Origin: Terriglobia bacterium
GTDB lineage: Bacteria; Acidobacteriota; Terriglobia; 20CM-2-55-15
Assembly (NCBI GenBank): GCA_965216035.1
Contig: CBDCFM010000015.1
Location: forward strand, 117,786 to 181,785
Length of the DNA: 64,000 nucleotides
Direction: 5' to 3'
Shown: one piece after another, positions 34,337 through 44,732 of the stretch
Layout of the letters: each line of letters begins with the position of its first letter
Numbering within the stretch: the first letter of the stretch is position 1
Position numbers and translations under genes: made by a program
The notes under the pieces: model-generated
Database searches by the model: none
What the model saw: the letters and a program-made list of their open reading frames with translations, nothing else
Told to the model about the DNA's origin: nothing

Positions 34337-35305
34337 TCATGCTGGAGCTTGATAGAGGTTCACACCGTCGGGATAAATCCGTTCGGAGCGCCATATCTCG
34401 AACGTGTCGATCCGAATGTTGTACGGCAACGGTCTTGCTAGCATGTCCTTCAGTTCCCGGTAGCGCCGGACGGTTTGTTGCTGGCCCCCGTAGCGCGCGA
34501 AAACCTCGGAGTTGAAGGTGTCGATGCCTCGGGAGACCGTGTCCCGTTCCTTCTGTAATTCCGCCTCCCGATAGCTCCCTGCCTTGATGCCCTCCCGATC
34601 CCGTGCCCAACCGTTCAAAACAGACCGCGCCCGATTTTCGGCCTTGGAGTTGAGTGCGATGGCCGCCACATGAACCTGCATCCCGTGCTTGCGTATGCCA
34701 GCCCAAACATGCTCGTGTGACTGGCCCCAATGCCTCAGTTCCGTGATGGTGTCGTTCCCAGGATCGACATAGACAAACGTGACGGTCCTGCCCGCGGCAA
34801 TGGGCAATTTCAAGGGGAAATACCGGGTGAGAGTTCCGGCCGCTCCGGTATAGAGCCGCCTCGGCAGGCGGTCCTTCCTGATGTCGAGATGTTTGCAGAA
34901 CCAAACCTTCTCGGTTTCGGTGGGGAGCCATTCGAGCTCCGGGTGGTCGATCACGTAATCGAGCGACAGGAGCCGCCGGAGATAGACAGCGGGATCGGCG
35001 ATCCTGCGGTGCCGAACGTTGGGAATCCCCAGTTCCCGGTAGATGCTCTTGTGGGTGATCCGACAGGCCCGCGTGCGGTTCTTGGTGGTGATGACTGGAA
35101 TCTCCTCGTCCACGGCAAGTTTCAGGTTCACGAGGCTTTGAACGAAGCGCGCCGCGCGGAGGTGGTACGTGTTGAAATAATCGGAGTATTGAACGCGGGT
35201 GAACACACCGCTATGGAGACAGACCATCGCAACCCACTCGGCGTCTTGCTGGCTCCACCCGAACGGTTCAAGGTTTTTTTCGCGCTCTCTCAAATGAGCA
35301 ATCAT
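34337..35305 (-). CDS. hypothetical protein (possible wHTH / replication-relaxation-like)
   Basis: 322 aa with an ATGA overlap with the virB8 stop, so it is part of the transfer operon. No motif is recognised with confidence. Confidence 0.55.
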   Translation of the reverse strand: MIAHLREREKNLEPFGWSQQDAEWVAMVCLHSGVFTRVQYSDYFNTYHLRAARFVQSLVNLKLAVDEEIPVITTKNRTRACRITHKSIYRELGIPNVRHRRIADPAVYLRRLLSLDYVIDHPELEWLPTETEKVWFCKHLDIRKDRLPRRLYTGAAGTLTRYFPLKLPIAAGRTVTFVYVDPGNDTITELRHWGQSHEHVWAGIRKHGMQVHVAAIALNSKAENRARSVLNGWARDREGIKAGSYREAELQKERDTVSRGIDTFNSEVFARYGGQQQTVRRYRELKDMLARPLPYNIRIDTFEIWRSERIYPDGVNLYQAPA

Positions 35306-35979
35306 GGGGTTTCGGTGATGAGGGCTCTATCCGTTTCGAGGTATGTAACCTGGATGCCCATCGGGTTAAAAATGACCAGGTCGGCCGGTATGACCGGCAT
35401 GAAAACAAACTGCATCGTGGCCGTCCATTGTTCCCTGGAAACCTCGCGCTCCTGTTGGGTGCGGACAAGGACGAAGTCAGCGACCGCCCCGTGCGGCTCG
35501 GCCGGATTGGCCTGAATCCGAAGGATGACATTCTCGACCCGGAGTTCTTCCAGGGTGATGCCGGCGGCCAGCATGGCGATTTCCTCGTTGTTGGCGGTGA
35601 AGGCCGCGTTGGCGAGATCGGTGCTGAGGAAACGGAGGCTGCGCGGCCAGTATTGCTGGACTGTCGGCCGCCGCCGGCCGAAATGGTCATGGAGAAAGCG
35701 GTTGAGGAAATACTTGGTGGTGGGGTCGCGGGGATCGGCCTGGGCCTGGACCGTCTCATAGGCCAGGGCTTCGGCCCGGCCGACTTCATCCACCCGAACG
35801 ACAATCGGCCGCGGCGGCTCGACCGAAGACAGGCGCACCACGGCGATGGTCACGAATAAAAGCAGCACGCCGAGGACGATGGTGAACACGCGCAGGTGAC
35901 GGTTCGAGTGGATCGTCTCGCCCCATATCTCGGCGTATTGTTTTCCGGCGTCGGATGCGTTGTCTTTGGGTTTCGCCAC
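35302..35979 (-). CDS. virB8: VirB8/TrbF-like T4SS protein
   Basis: 225 aa with one N-terminal TM helix (VFTIVLGVLLLFVTIAVV). It has an NTF2-like periplasmic part ending ...IFNPMGIQVTYLE, which resembles the VirB8 NPLG motif. Confidence 0.7.
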   Translation of the reverse strand: MAKPKDNASDAGKQYAEIWGETIHSNRHLRVFTIVLGVLLLFVTIAVVRLSSVEPPRPIVVRVDEVGRAEALAYETVQAQADPRDPTTKYFLNRFLHDHFGRRRPTVQQYWPRSLRFLSTDLANAAFTANNEEIAMLAAGITLEELRVENVILRIQANPAEPHGAVADFVLVRTQQEREVSREQWTATMQFVFMPVIPADLVIFNPMGIQVTYLETDRALITETP

Positions 35980-35984
35980 GACGT

Positions 35985-36986
35985 TTATACTCCCTTGAAT
36001 TTAGAAAGGCTCTGCCCGGCCTGGCCGATCATGCCCATGATTCCCCCGCCCGCGCCGCCGCCGGTGATTTGTGAGGCGAGCTGGCCGATCATGAGTGAGG
36101 ACAGGAGCCCGGCAATGGTGAGAGGCACGATGCTTAAAAACCAGGCGGTGCTATGCCAGAGCATGTTTGTGTCGGGCGGTGGACCATTCACAATGGCATT
36201 CATCCAACCGATACTCGCCGCGAGGAACACCCGCATGAGCGCCGCCGCTATCGCGCCATAGAGGGTGTAGGTGAACATGCTCTTGAACCATCCCCAAAAC
36301 AGGAAGGCGAGGGGCTCGACCAGGAGGAAAGGAATGAAGAGCGGCCCGAGGATCACGAGGACGCCCAGGGCGAGCTGTGCCCATAGAACCTGGGCCATTG
36401 AAACGCCATAAATCACGACGAGGCACAGGAGAATGAACAAAAGAAATAGCTCGAAGATGATGGTGTGGATAAAGGACATGAGCAGGTAGGAGAGGTCGGT
36501 CAGGCCATTGATAAGCATGTCCATTATCCCGCCCCCTGTCCCCAGCTCCATCGACTGTGCGCGAGCGAAGAGATTTTGAGAAAGCCGCGAGAATGTGACA
36601 AGGAAATCCTCGCCGGTATTCTGAATCAAGATGAGTTGAAGCCACTGCCCACCGTCAGTGATGGCCTCTGTAAAAGAGCGGGTCGATCCGGGAAGCGGAT
36701 CGTGATAGAAGGTGAGCATTGCCCACGGAAACCAGAGAGCGATGACGACTCGAACAATGTCCCACGGACGCAAGTCGCCGGTAAAAGCGATCCGCAATCC
36801 GGTCCAGACAATGAGAATGGCGGCCAGGCGGCGCCACAGGTCCAGCCCCGCGGCGTGGACTTGCGGCGCGGCCGCAAGAATCACCTGATCCATGATGCCG
36901 GAAACAACGGTCGCGGGGTCCGGAGCCGCGGCCGGATCGGTCGGGATGGTGGGGACAAGCTGGAGCATCATCACGGGCGTCATCAT
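35985..36986 (-). CDS. virB6: VirB6/TrbL-like polytopic T4SS membrane protein
   Basis: The start MMTPVMMLQ (ATG 36986) overlaps the upstream stop (ATGA). There are at least 6 predicted TM helices and a Gly-rich tail GGGAGGGIMGMIGQAG. The longer N-terminus in the ORF track is read-through of the upstream gene's 3' end. Confidence 0.7.
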   Translation of the reverse strand: MMTPVMMLQLVPTIPTDPAAAPDPATVVSGIMDQVILAAAPQVHAAGLDLWRRLAAILIVWTGLRIAFTGDLRPWDIVRVVIALWFPWAMLTFYHDPLPGSTRSFTEAITDGGQWLQLILIQNTGEDFLVTFSRLSQNLFARAQSMELGTGGGIMDMLINGLTDLSYLLMSFIHTIIFELFLLFILLCLVVIYGVSMAQVLWAQLALGVLVILGPLFIPFLLVEPLAFLFWGWFKSMFTYTLYGAIAAALMRVFLAASIGWMNAIVNGPPPDTNMLWHSTAWFLSIVPLTIAGLLSSLMIGQLASQITGGGAGGGIMGMIGQAGQSLSKFKGV

Positions 36987-37933
36987 GGTCGTGAGTTCCC
37001 GCCCAGGCCGGCCGGGATCTGAAAGCCGCCATACATGGATTGGATTCTCTGATCGGCCGCCGCGGCTATGGCTGCCTGTTCCCCGGCCCACCGCGCTTCA
37101 AGAGCGGCCCGATCGGCCAGTCGGCGCGCCGCATACCCCCGCCGGAGTTCCTCTTGACGAAAACGAGCCGCCGCGTCTTGGGTTGCGGCGGCGGCGCGGC
37201 TGCGTCCAACTGAGATCAGGGTGCGGATTTCGGCGAGCGAGCCGAGAACATCGCCCTCGGTGAGCGCCGCCGACGAGCGGTTCGGCCCGCCGGTATCGGG
37301 GTCCGTATCCACCCGCTCCACGATGCGACCCAGGGCCGCGGTGGTGGCCTGGTGGACTGCGACCAGATCGGCCCCGGCGTCGGCCCTGGCCCCGGCATAT
37401 TCCAGGCTGCGATCGGCGTAGTCGCGCCGGCGCTGAAAAACGGCCACCGCTCGATCGGCGCTGCCCGGGTAGACGTTCCGAATATCGCCCTCGGTGACGG
37501 TGTCCGCGGCTTGCAACACGTTACGCCAGCTCCGACTGAACGACTCCCCGTTGGCGGTGAGGTCGCCGAGAGAAGTAACCATGTCGCCGGCCGGGCCGGT
37601 GAAATCGGAGTGCCAGTCGCGCGTGGTGTTGAGTAGATCGGTCGGAGCGGCAACAAGATCGGCGATGGGGTCTGCAATCGGACCCACCAAACCCTGCACG
37701 GAATCGGTGACGTGGGTGAGCTGGCTCCGGGCAGTCTGTAACTGTTCCACGAGCTGCCGAAGCCCCTCAAGCTGGTTGGCGATCATTGCCCGCTGATTGC
37801 CGTGCATTATGGGTCGTAGAACGAACCAGATAAGCAAGTCTTCGGGACTTGGAATGCCGAAGATGCCGAAGGCCGGGACCGCCACGGTCAGTGCAACCAG
37901 GAGTGTCCAGGTAATAACCCGTTTTTTCATCAT
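36983..37933 (-). CDS. TrbJ/VirB5-like secreted protein, paralogue 3
   Basis: Starts MMKKRVITWTLLVALTVAVPAFG (signal peptide) and is coiled-coil rich. Conserved blocks are shared with the two upstream genes (DWHSDFTGPAG, IRNVYPGSADRAVAVFQRRRDYADRS, QRIQSMYGGFQIPAGLGGN). Confidence 0.6.
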   Translation of the reverse strand: MMKKRVITWTLLVALTVAVPAFGIFGIPSPEDLLIWFVLRPIMHGNQRAMIANQLEGLRQLVEQLQTARSQLTHVTDSVQGLVGPIADPIADLVAAPTDLLNTTRDWHSDFTGPAGDMVTSLGDLTANGESFSRSWRNVLQAADTVTEGDIRNVYPGSADRAVAVFQRRRDYADRSLEYAGARADAGADLVAVHQATTAALGRIVERVDTDPDTGGPNRSSAALTEGDVLGSLAEIRTLISVGRSRAAAATQDAAARFRQEELRRGYAARRLADRAALEARWAGEQAAIAAAADQRIQSMYGGFQIPAGLGGNSRP

Positions 37934-37938
37934 GGTAT

Positions 37939-38829
37939 TTAGTTCCCGCCCAGGCCGGCCGGGATCTGAAAGCCGCCGTACATGGATTGGATTCTCTGAT
38001 CGGCCGCCGCGGCTATGGTCGCCCTCTCCTCGGCCCACCGCGCTTCAAGAGCGGCCCGATCGGCCAGTCGGCGCGAGGCGGCCTCTCGCCGCGCCACTTC
38101 CGCGTTATAGGCATCCGCGGCGGCGGCGGATGCTTCTATAGCTTCCATCTGTGCCAGTGCTGTAGTGAGCTGTCCTTGAGATAGATTGCCGGCAAGGATC
38201 GCTTGTTGGAGCGCCGTGTCGGAAACATTGTTTTGCCCCGCTACGGTGTCGATCTTGTCCTGGACCTCAACCGCAGTCGCCGCAAGTGAGGCCGCGGCAT
38301 CGGCGCGTGCATGTGCCAGGACAATGCTGCGATCGGCGTAGTCGCGCCGGCGCTGAAAGACGGCCACCGCTCGATCGGCGCTGCCCGGGTAGACGTTCCG
38401 AATATCGGCCTCGGTGACGGTGTCCGCCTCTTGCAACACGTCGCGCCAGCTCTCACTGAGCGATGTGCCGTCACTCAGTTCTGTCAGTGCCGTCACGAGG
38501 CTCCCGGCCGGGCCGGTGAAATCGGAATGCCAGTCGCGCGTGGTGTTGAGCAGGTCGGTGGGCACGGCAACGAGATCGGCGATGGGGTCTGTAATCGCGC
38601 CGATCTGTCCCAGAGCGGATTCTTTCAGATGCTCGAACTGCCCGGTGAGTTGGTCGATATGGGCCGTCATGCGTGTGAGGGCCGTAAGTTGATTAGTAAT
38701 CTGTGTGCCTTGGTTGGCGATCATCACGAGGTAGGCGGCCACGCCGCCATCTTGGGCGGTGACAGTCTCGAAACCCGCGCTCCCGATCAAGGCGACGATT
38801 GCAAAGAGGACAATGAGTGTTTTCTTCAT
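37939..38829 (-). CDS. TrbJ/VirB5-like secreted protein, paralogue 2
   Basis: Has the signal peptide MKKTLIVLFAIVALIGSAG and the same conserved blocks. The N-terminal half is divergent. Confidence 0.6.
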   Translation of the reverse strand: MKKTLIVLFAIVALIGSAGFETVTAQDGGVAAYLVMIANQGTQITNQLTALTRMTAHIDQLTGQFEHLKESALGQIGAITDPIADLVAVPTDLLNTTRDWHSDFTGPAGSLVTALTELSDGTSLSESWRDVLQEADTVTEADIRNVYPGSADRAVAVFQRRRDYADRSIVLAHARADAAASLAATAVEVQDKIDTVAGQNNVSDTALQQAILAGNLSQGQLTTALAQMEAIEASAAAADAYNAEVARREAASRRLADRAALEARWAEERATIAAAADQRIQSMYGGFQIPAGLGGN

Positions 38830-38860
38830 TGGGGATGCTCCTTGATGAATGTGGCGGTCG

Positions 38861-39715
38861 TTAGTTCCCGCCCAGGCCGGTCGGGATCTGAAAGCCGCCG
38901 TACATGGATTGGATTCTCTGATCGGCCGCCGCGGCTATGGTTGCCTGTTCCTCGGCCCATTGCGCTTCAAGAGCGGCACGATCGGCCAGCCGCCGCGCCT
39001 CGATCTGCCGCCTCGCCACTTCCGCGTTGTAGGCATCCGCCGCTTGAGCGGCTGCCTCGTGAGAGCGAAGGTTAGAAAGCGCGACGAGTAAGCGCGCCCG
39101 AGTGAGCGCGGCAGCCACTTGAGTTTCTGCAAGAGCCGTGCGGGTGACGCTGTTGCGTGCTTCAAGATCCGCAACAGCGGCCTGGGCCGCGTCCAAAGCA
39201 TCCGTAAGTGCGGTCGAGGCATCGGCCCGCGCATGTGCCAGGACGACGCTGCGATCGGCGTAGTCGCGCCGGCGCTGAAAGACGGCCACTGGCCGATCGG
39301 CGCTGCCCGGGTAGATGTTCCGAATATCGGCCTCTGAAACGGTATCCGCGGCTCCCAACACGTCGCGCCAGTTGGGAAGCGGCGCGGGGGTATTGAGCAG
39401 ATCGGTGGGCACGGCGAGTAACTGTTGGTAAGAATCCCTGAACGCGCCGATCATGTTGAGGGTGTCACAGACAACGGCGGCCTCGTTTATAGGGGTTGCT
39501 TCGGCGCCGGTTGCCATGCCCTGCGCTGAACAGTCGAGGCGGGTGAATTGAGTGAGCTGTGCCGTGTATTGAGTGACCCGATTGAGGATCTCCTGAAGCT
39601 GAGTGCCGATCTGGGTGGCTTGCAGATCCAGGTCGAACTGCGCGCTCGCGCGCGGTGGCATTGCAAGGACCACAGTGAGGGTGAGAGAGAAGGCGATCGC
39701 GTGTTTCATCGTCAT
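38861..39715 (-). CDS. TrbJ/VirB5-like secreted protein, paralogue 1
   Basis: Has the signal peptide MTMKHAIAFSLTLTVVLAMPPRASA. The ATGA overlap with the virB10 stop places it in the operon. It ends with the same tail ...QRIQSMYGGFQIPTGLGGN. Confidence 0.6.
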   Translation of the reverse strand: MTMKHAIAFSLTLTVVLAMPPRASAQFDLDLQATQIGTQLQEILNRVTQYTAQLTQFTRLDCSAQGMATGAEATPINEAAVVCDTLNMIGAFRDSYQQLLAVPTDLLNTPAPLPNWRDVLGAADTVSEADIRNIYPGSADRPVAVFQRRRDYADRSVVLAHARADASTALTDALDAAQAAVADLEARNSVTRTALAETQVAAALTRARLLVALSNLRSHEAAAQAADAYNAEVARRQIEARRLADRAALEAQWAEEQATIAAAADQRIQSMYGGFQIPTGLGGN

Positions 39716-41100
39716 TGGATTCCCCCAGTCGGCGGCGGTTCCGGCGGTACGAGGACATCGCCGGTGAACCAGATTCGCAAGCGGTGGCCCGCGCGAATCG
39801 TGATGGTGGGCAGGCGATTGAGGAAGCGGTCGAGAATCCGCACAGCAGTTTCCCCAAGCCCTTGACTGGCTCCGGCCTGGAAGCCCTGTTGGCCTCCGGC
39901 GTAGGGGTTTGAGCCGATCGCGGTCAGGCCGGAAAGGATGCCGACGGCGCCGGCCGCGGCGAACATCGAGAAATAATGCCGGTTGACTGCGTCCTTGAGC
40001 GCGCTTTCCCCAATCTGGTTGAGGCCGTTGAATTGGAGCGAGACGCTGCGGCCGTCGGGCCAGATGATGCGGTGGAAGGCAACGGCCAGCCGCTCCTGAT
40101 CGGCCCCGGAAACGGCCTGAACGCTGCCGACAACCCGCGCGCCACGGGGGATCAAGACCCGTTGGCGGTCAGCGGAATAGAAAGGGACCGATACGTTGGC
40201 GAGGACCGGACCGGGAAAGTCGCCGCTGAGCTGTGTGACAAGGACGGCCTCTAAAAACGATCCTTCATAAATACGGTCCCAACCGGCCGGATCGGAAGGC
40301 AGCCCGGCGACGGGAGTTTCGGTTTCAGGCTGCACGAGGGCAAGGGCAGGGGCCACACCGGCAGGGGCCGGGCCGCCCGCCGCCAGCGCGGGCTGCCCGG
40401 TAGCGGCCCGTTCCCGATCGTTGAGTTCGGTGAGCAATTCGAGAAAGTCTCCGGCCGTCGCAACGGCGTTTTCGGCGGTGACGGCGGGAAGGGCGGCCTG
40501 GGGAGTCTGGGCGGACCCTGTGCCAGCCTCGGAAAGTGCGTCCGGCACTTGCGCCCCCGCCGCTGCGGTAGCGTCCGCCCCCGTTTCGGAGTTCCGGTAG
40601 GACAGCACAAGCGGCCCGGTGCGCAGGGAGCGACGACGGCGCTCCATTTCCTCGAGCCGCAGTGTTTCCAGCAACACCGCCTCGGCCTCGGTGCGGGGCG
40701 CGTCGCCGCCGAAGGGGACAGGCTGATCGTCGGGAAGCAAGACCCCGCCGGGGTTTTGACCGGGGAGCGGCACGATGCTGGCTCCCAATAGGGCTGCATT
40801 CGATTCCTGTTCGCCCTGTAGCTGAGCTAACTGGCGCTCGGCCGCATCGGCCTGTAGCCGGAGCTGGGCGGCTTGCCGGCGCGCCTCGGCCTCGATCGCG
40901 GCCTGGGCGCGTTGTTGAAGGCCGAGGTCCGCGGCCTCGGGAACCGCGATTGCAGCATCCTGCGCACCGCCGCCGGTGAAAGTGTAGGTGAGTAGCATGG
41001 CGGCCAGGAGCAAGGACGTGGCCGCGATCCCGATTTTGGTAACGAGGCCGCCCGGCATCACACCGCCAGGCGGAATGGGAATCTTTTTCCATACACTCAT
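39712..41100 (-). CDS. virB10: VirB10/TrbI-like T4SS protein
   Basis: 462 aa with an N-terminal TM helix and a Pro/Ala-rich linker. The C-terminal barrel domain reads LIPRGARVVGSVQAV...AFHRIIWPDGRSVSL...TITIRAGHRLRIWFTGDV. Confidence 0.85.
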   Translation of the reverse strand: MSVWKKIPIPPGGVMPGGLVTKIGIAATSLLLAAMLLTYTFTGGGAQDAAIAVPEAADLGLQQRAQAAIEAEARRQAAQLRLQADAAERQLAQLQGEQESNAALLGASIVPLPGQNPGGVLLPDDQPVPFGGDAPRTEAEAVLLETLRLEEMERRRRSLRTGPLVLSYRNSETGADATAAAGAQVPDALSEAGTGSAQTPQAALPAVTAENAVATAGDFLELLTELNDRERAATGQPALAAGGPAPAGVAPALALVQPETETPVAGLPSDPAGWDRIYEGSFLEAVLVTQLSGDFPGPVLANVSVPFYSADRQRVLIPRGARVVGSVQAVSGADQERLAVAFHRIIWPDGRSVSLQFNGLNQIGESALKDAVNRHYFSMFAAAGAVGILSGLTAIGSNPYAGGQQGFQAGASQGLGETAVRILDRFLNRLPTITIRAGHRLRIWFTGDVLVPPEPPPTGGIQ

Positions 41101-41102
41101 GC

Positions 41103-41987
41103 TTAACGCTCCGGTTCGTAGCGCCAGATCGCCCGCCGCTCTCCAATTTGCAGCCAGCCTGAATTGAGGCGCCGCCGCACAATGAACAGGCCGTCTTCGG
41201 TGAGGTCATAGGCGACCAGCGACGGGTCACCGTCCACGGCTTCATACAGGGCCGGTGATTCCTGGGCGTGTGAGCGGAGATAGGTGAACTGCCCGTCGTG
41301 CCACATCGCTTCGACATTGAAGGGAGGCTCCTGTGCACGATCCGACAGGGTGTAAACAAAATGAAGCCGCGTGGGATAATCCGCCCGAAACTCCTCCACT
41401 GCCGCCTCGGCCGCGGCGCGGGCTTGGGCGGTCCGCGTGTCGGCTGCGATCTGGGCCGTGCGCGTCGTCTCCTGGGCTTGTTGGGCGAGTGCCTGATAGG
41501 CCGTGATTTCGGAACGGGCAACGAAGGCGGGGGCATGCGGTTCGGCCGCTATGAGTGCGTCGTCCTCGTCGGCCGGCGGCTCGATCCGGACCACCAGGTG
41601 CGGCTCCCCGCCCTCGGATGCGAGGAACGAATAGATCTGTCCGGACTCGCAAATCAGGGCGACGTTGGTTTCCACACCCGTTGCAATCGGTTTCAGGAAC
41701 GCCACATTCGCCGCGCCGGTCAGATGCCAGTATTCGGAATCTCCGACAACGAAATCGAGGATATTTTCGTTCTCCGGCAGGACGATGACGGTGGTATGGC
41801 GCACCTGGGTCTGAATGTCCACGAGTTGATCGACGCCGGGGATCGCCTCGATGCGCAGCATGGGGCCGCCATCCTGGCCGGTACTGACCGGAGGCTGTCC
41901 AAGCCACAGAAGCGCGGCAGTGATGACGGCCGCAAGCGTTGGAGCGCGCCGCCGCGTGAAAGGCCGTGTGAAAGCTCGATGAGTCAT
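41103..41987 (-). CDS. virB9: VirB9/TrbG-like T4SS protein
   Basis: Has a signal peptide and a CagX/VirB9 N-domain (VRHTTVIVLPENENILDFVVGDSEYWHL...FLKP...TNVALICESGQIYSF). Confidence 0.85.
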   Translation of the reverse strand: MTHRAFTRPFTRRRAPTLAAVITAALLWLGQPPVSTGQDGGPMLRIEAIPGVDQLVDIQTQVRHTTVIVLPENENILDFVVGDSEYWHLTGAANVAFLKPIATGVETNVALICESGQIYSFLASEGGEPHLVVRIEPPADEDDALIAAEPHAPAFVARSEITAYQALAQQAQETTRTAQIAADTRTAQARAAAEAAVEEFRADYPTRLHFVYTLSDRAQEPPFNVEAMWHDGQFTYLRSHAQESPALYEAVDGDPSLVAYDLTEDGLFIVRRRLNSGWLQIGERRAIWRYEPER

Positions 41988-41992
41988 AACGG

Positions 41993-44424
41993 TTAACTCC
42001 CTGCGCCCAATATTTCCAGGGCGCGTTGCAGTCCGTGTTCTTCGATCAGATGGGCGCGCCGTTCGGAATCACGGGGGTTGGACGTATAGAGCCAGTAACT
42101 GGCCCGATCGACTTCAAGCCGGAGGATCGCGGCCCCTGCGGCGCGCTTCAAATACAGTTCCATCTTTGGAACGAGAGATTGGATCGTGTCCATTTCGCTT
42201 GGATTGAGACGGAAGATCTCGCCGACCTTTTCGGGGAGATTCGGGTTCGCGAGGAAAATCTTGGTGGGCATGGATTCGAGCAACGCGGCCGCCTCGGGCG
42301 TACTTGTGACGTCGACGGCGCTCTGTGTCGCCATGATGAGGGCGGCGTTTTTCTTCCGCCAGGTCTTGGCGGCCTCGGCGAGATAGGACAGCACGGCCGG
42401 GTCCTTCAGATAGCGCCACGCCTCGTCGACCACCATGAGCTTGACGCGCGCAATTTCAGTGGGATCTTCAAGAGCGATCCGCAAGCGTTCGAGCAGGTAG
42501 AACATGGCGGCTTCGCAGAGGTCTTCATGTTCGGCCGCCCCGGCCAGGTCGATCACCTGCCAGTCGGCAAATTCCAGATCGTCGCCATCGGCCGGGTTAT
42601 CGAAATACCGGGCCCAGGTGCCCGCGCCGTGCCAGCGTCCCATCGCGGCCCACATGCTCTTGGGCAAGGACCGGACCAGCGAGCTGAGGTCGCGGCGGTC
42701 CGGAGAAAAGGCATAGAGATCTTCGATGCGATTGCGGATTTCAGTGGGATCGTCGCCGGAGGTTGTCATACCGCCGAGACGAAGCAATCGCGTGACCCAT
42801 CCGGTCAGGAATTGAAATGTGCGTTCCCCGGGAGGGAGGCTGAACGGGCGCAAGCGGAAGGAATTGCCCGATCGGCCGTCGTCGGGGGACAGTTCCAGGT
42901 AGCCCCCGCCGAGGAAGCGGGTGAGCGAGCGATAGCTGCCGCCCAGGTCGAGAATCAGGACGCGCGGGCGGTACTGCAACGCTTGAACGAGCAGGAAATT
43001 CAACGTGAAGCTCTTGCCCGCCCCGGTCGCCCCGAGGATCAGGGTGTGCCCGACATCGCCGGCAAAGAGGTCATAAAAGAAGGGCGTCTGCCAGTGCGTT
43101 TCGAGGGTGGTCATCGCCGACGCGTCCAGATGCGCGCACCGCTCGGTGCCGCGCGGCGGGCCGAACAGCGGCGCGATCGAGGCGGCGGCCCCGGCGGACA
43201 CCAGGACCTTGCGGAGTTGCCGGGAGCGGGGCTGGCCGGGCATCCGATTGAACCACTGCGCGAGTTGCCCATAGCCTTCCCGGATCAGTTTGGCGTCATG
43301 GGTTGCGAAGATGCGCCGGAGATCGCCGTCCAGGCGCTCGATGTCTGAAAGCTCGCCATGGAGCGCAATGGACAGGCTGATGTCGCCATAGGCAATGCCA
43401 TCGGTTTCCAGCTCGACCAGGGCTTTGGAGAGCCGATCCGACTCCGCGCTGGCCACGCTGTCCTCCATGGCCACGGCGCTGCCTTCGGTTTCCTGAACGT
43501 GCGCCATCATCGAGTACCGCTGCGAAAAGTAGTGCTTGCGCGCGGAGTTGATCTTCTTGCGGCCCGCCTCGGTCGTGTAGGGCCGCCATTCCAGCGACAC
43601 CGTCATGCGGGCGTTCAAACGGTACAGGTCGTTGAGCATGTTGGCGCGCGCCGCGCCCGGTGGCGAGAGCAGGGAATAGAGGATGGCGGGCTCCCCATCG
43701 AGGCGCAGGAAGCGCCGCTCGGCATCCAGCTCAGATACGGCGAGGCTCCAGTTCAATCCGGCCCCGACCGACCCATCCCAGGGCAAGCCCCGGGCCGGTT
43801 GACCAGCTCACTCAAGAAACGGCCTCCGTCGGGGCCGTTCAACAGCGTGATCTGGGTCAGGTCCGAGACGAGCTTCGAACCCGCATCCACAAGCTGCCGG
43901 AACCGCGAGGCCGCCGTCTCGATCTCGTCGTAAATGTAGACGGCCTCATGGGGCGCGCGCTGGCGGGCGAGCCAGGCCCGCGCGGTGTTGAGCCACCACG
44001 GCCCTCGGCCATCGGTGGCGGTGGCCTGTTGCAATCCCGGATCGTGACACCAGACCAGATATGCCTGGACGTCCTGCAATCGTTCGCTAAGGAATGCCTT
44101 GCGCCGCCGGCGCGCGATGGCCGACACGCTATCGCCGTGATCGGATTCCTCGTCGGGAAGAACAACCGGCCGCCGGAGCAGATAGAAATGGAGCCGGCCG
44201 CCGGGCTCGACATTGGAGAGCAGACGGGTCCAGCGTTCCAGCACCGCATCGAGCGCCTCGGGGGTGCGGCCATCGAGGGGGCTGGGGGTGATGCGGCCGA
44301 CGCATAACAACTGGCCATCCCGGGTCAGACAGGTCCGGCCGTCTTTGAGATAACTCCACCAGGGCAACTCTTCGGCCAGCGCTCCGGCCGCATCGTATTC
44401 GGTACGTTCACCAACAAGATTCAT
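41993..44424 (-). pseudogene. virB4: VirB4/TrbE T4SS ATPase, frameshift near 43790
   Basis: The N-terminal 223-aa ORF (43753-44424) has a CagE/TrbE/VirB N-domain. The 597-aa ORF (41993-43786) has Walker A ILGATGAGKSF and Walker B LMVVDEAW. The two frames meet at a CCCC/GGG run (43788-43794). Confidence 0.85.
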
Positions 44425-44732
44425 TCATGCAGTCCTTTCAGGATCACGCGCCAGGGCTCGGCGATCCACTTGCCAGGGTCGTAACGCGCCTTGAAACGGG
44501 TCGACGCCTTGAGGATCGCGAGCATGTTGGGGTCCTGTTTCCAGGCGAGATAACCCGCACCCCACAGCGCACCGAAGACCACCAACGCCGTGACGATGGC
44601 ATTCAAGGCGTTCCACAGGGCGAGCGCGAGCGTGGCGCTCAGAATGAACCACGTGCGCTCGACCCCCATGATGGTGAGCGGGCGGCTCAGACTTCGGTAA
44701 CACGGCCAGAGCCGCTTTCCTTGCCGCGCCAT
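44421..44732 (-). CDS. virB3: VirB3/TrbD-like protein
   Basis: 103 aa starting MARQGKRLWPCYRSLSRPLTIMGVERTWFIL..., with two TM helices. It overlaps the virB2 stop (TGATG) and the virB4 start (ATGA). Confidence 0.7.
   Translation of the reverse strand: MARQGKRLWPCYRSLSRPLTIMGVERTWFILSATLALALWNALNAIVTALVVFGALWGAGYLAWKQDPNMLAILKASTRFKARYDPGKWIAEPWRVILKGLHE

Noticed and set aside
36987-38038. N-terminal extensions MGRG(T/E)G.HSRGGRSENPIH... on ORFs 35985-37091 and 36983-38038
   Set aside because: They are out-of-frame read-through of the conserved 3' cassette of the preceding TrbJ-like gene. The real starts are the MM codons at 36986 and 37933, followed by membrane or signal sequences.
40325-41536. 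403-aa minus-strand ORF overlapping virB10 and virB9 in another frame
   Set aside because: It is extremely Arg/Pro/Gly-rich and spans two genes that have clear domain content in their own frames.
42026-43348. 440-aa plus-strand ORF opposite virB4
   Set aside because: It is a shadow ORF. The opposite strand carries the Walker A/B motifs of VirB4.
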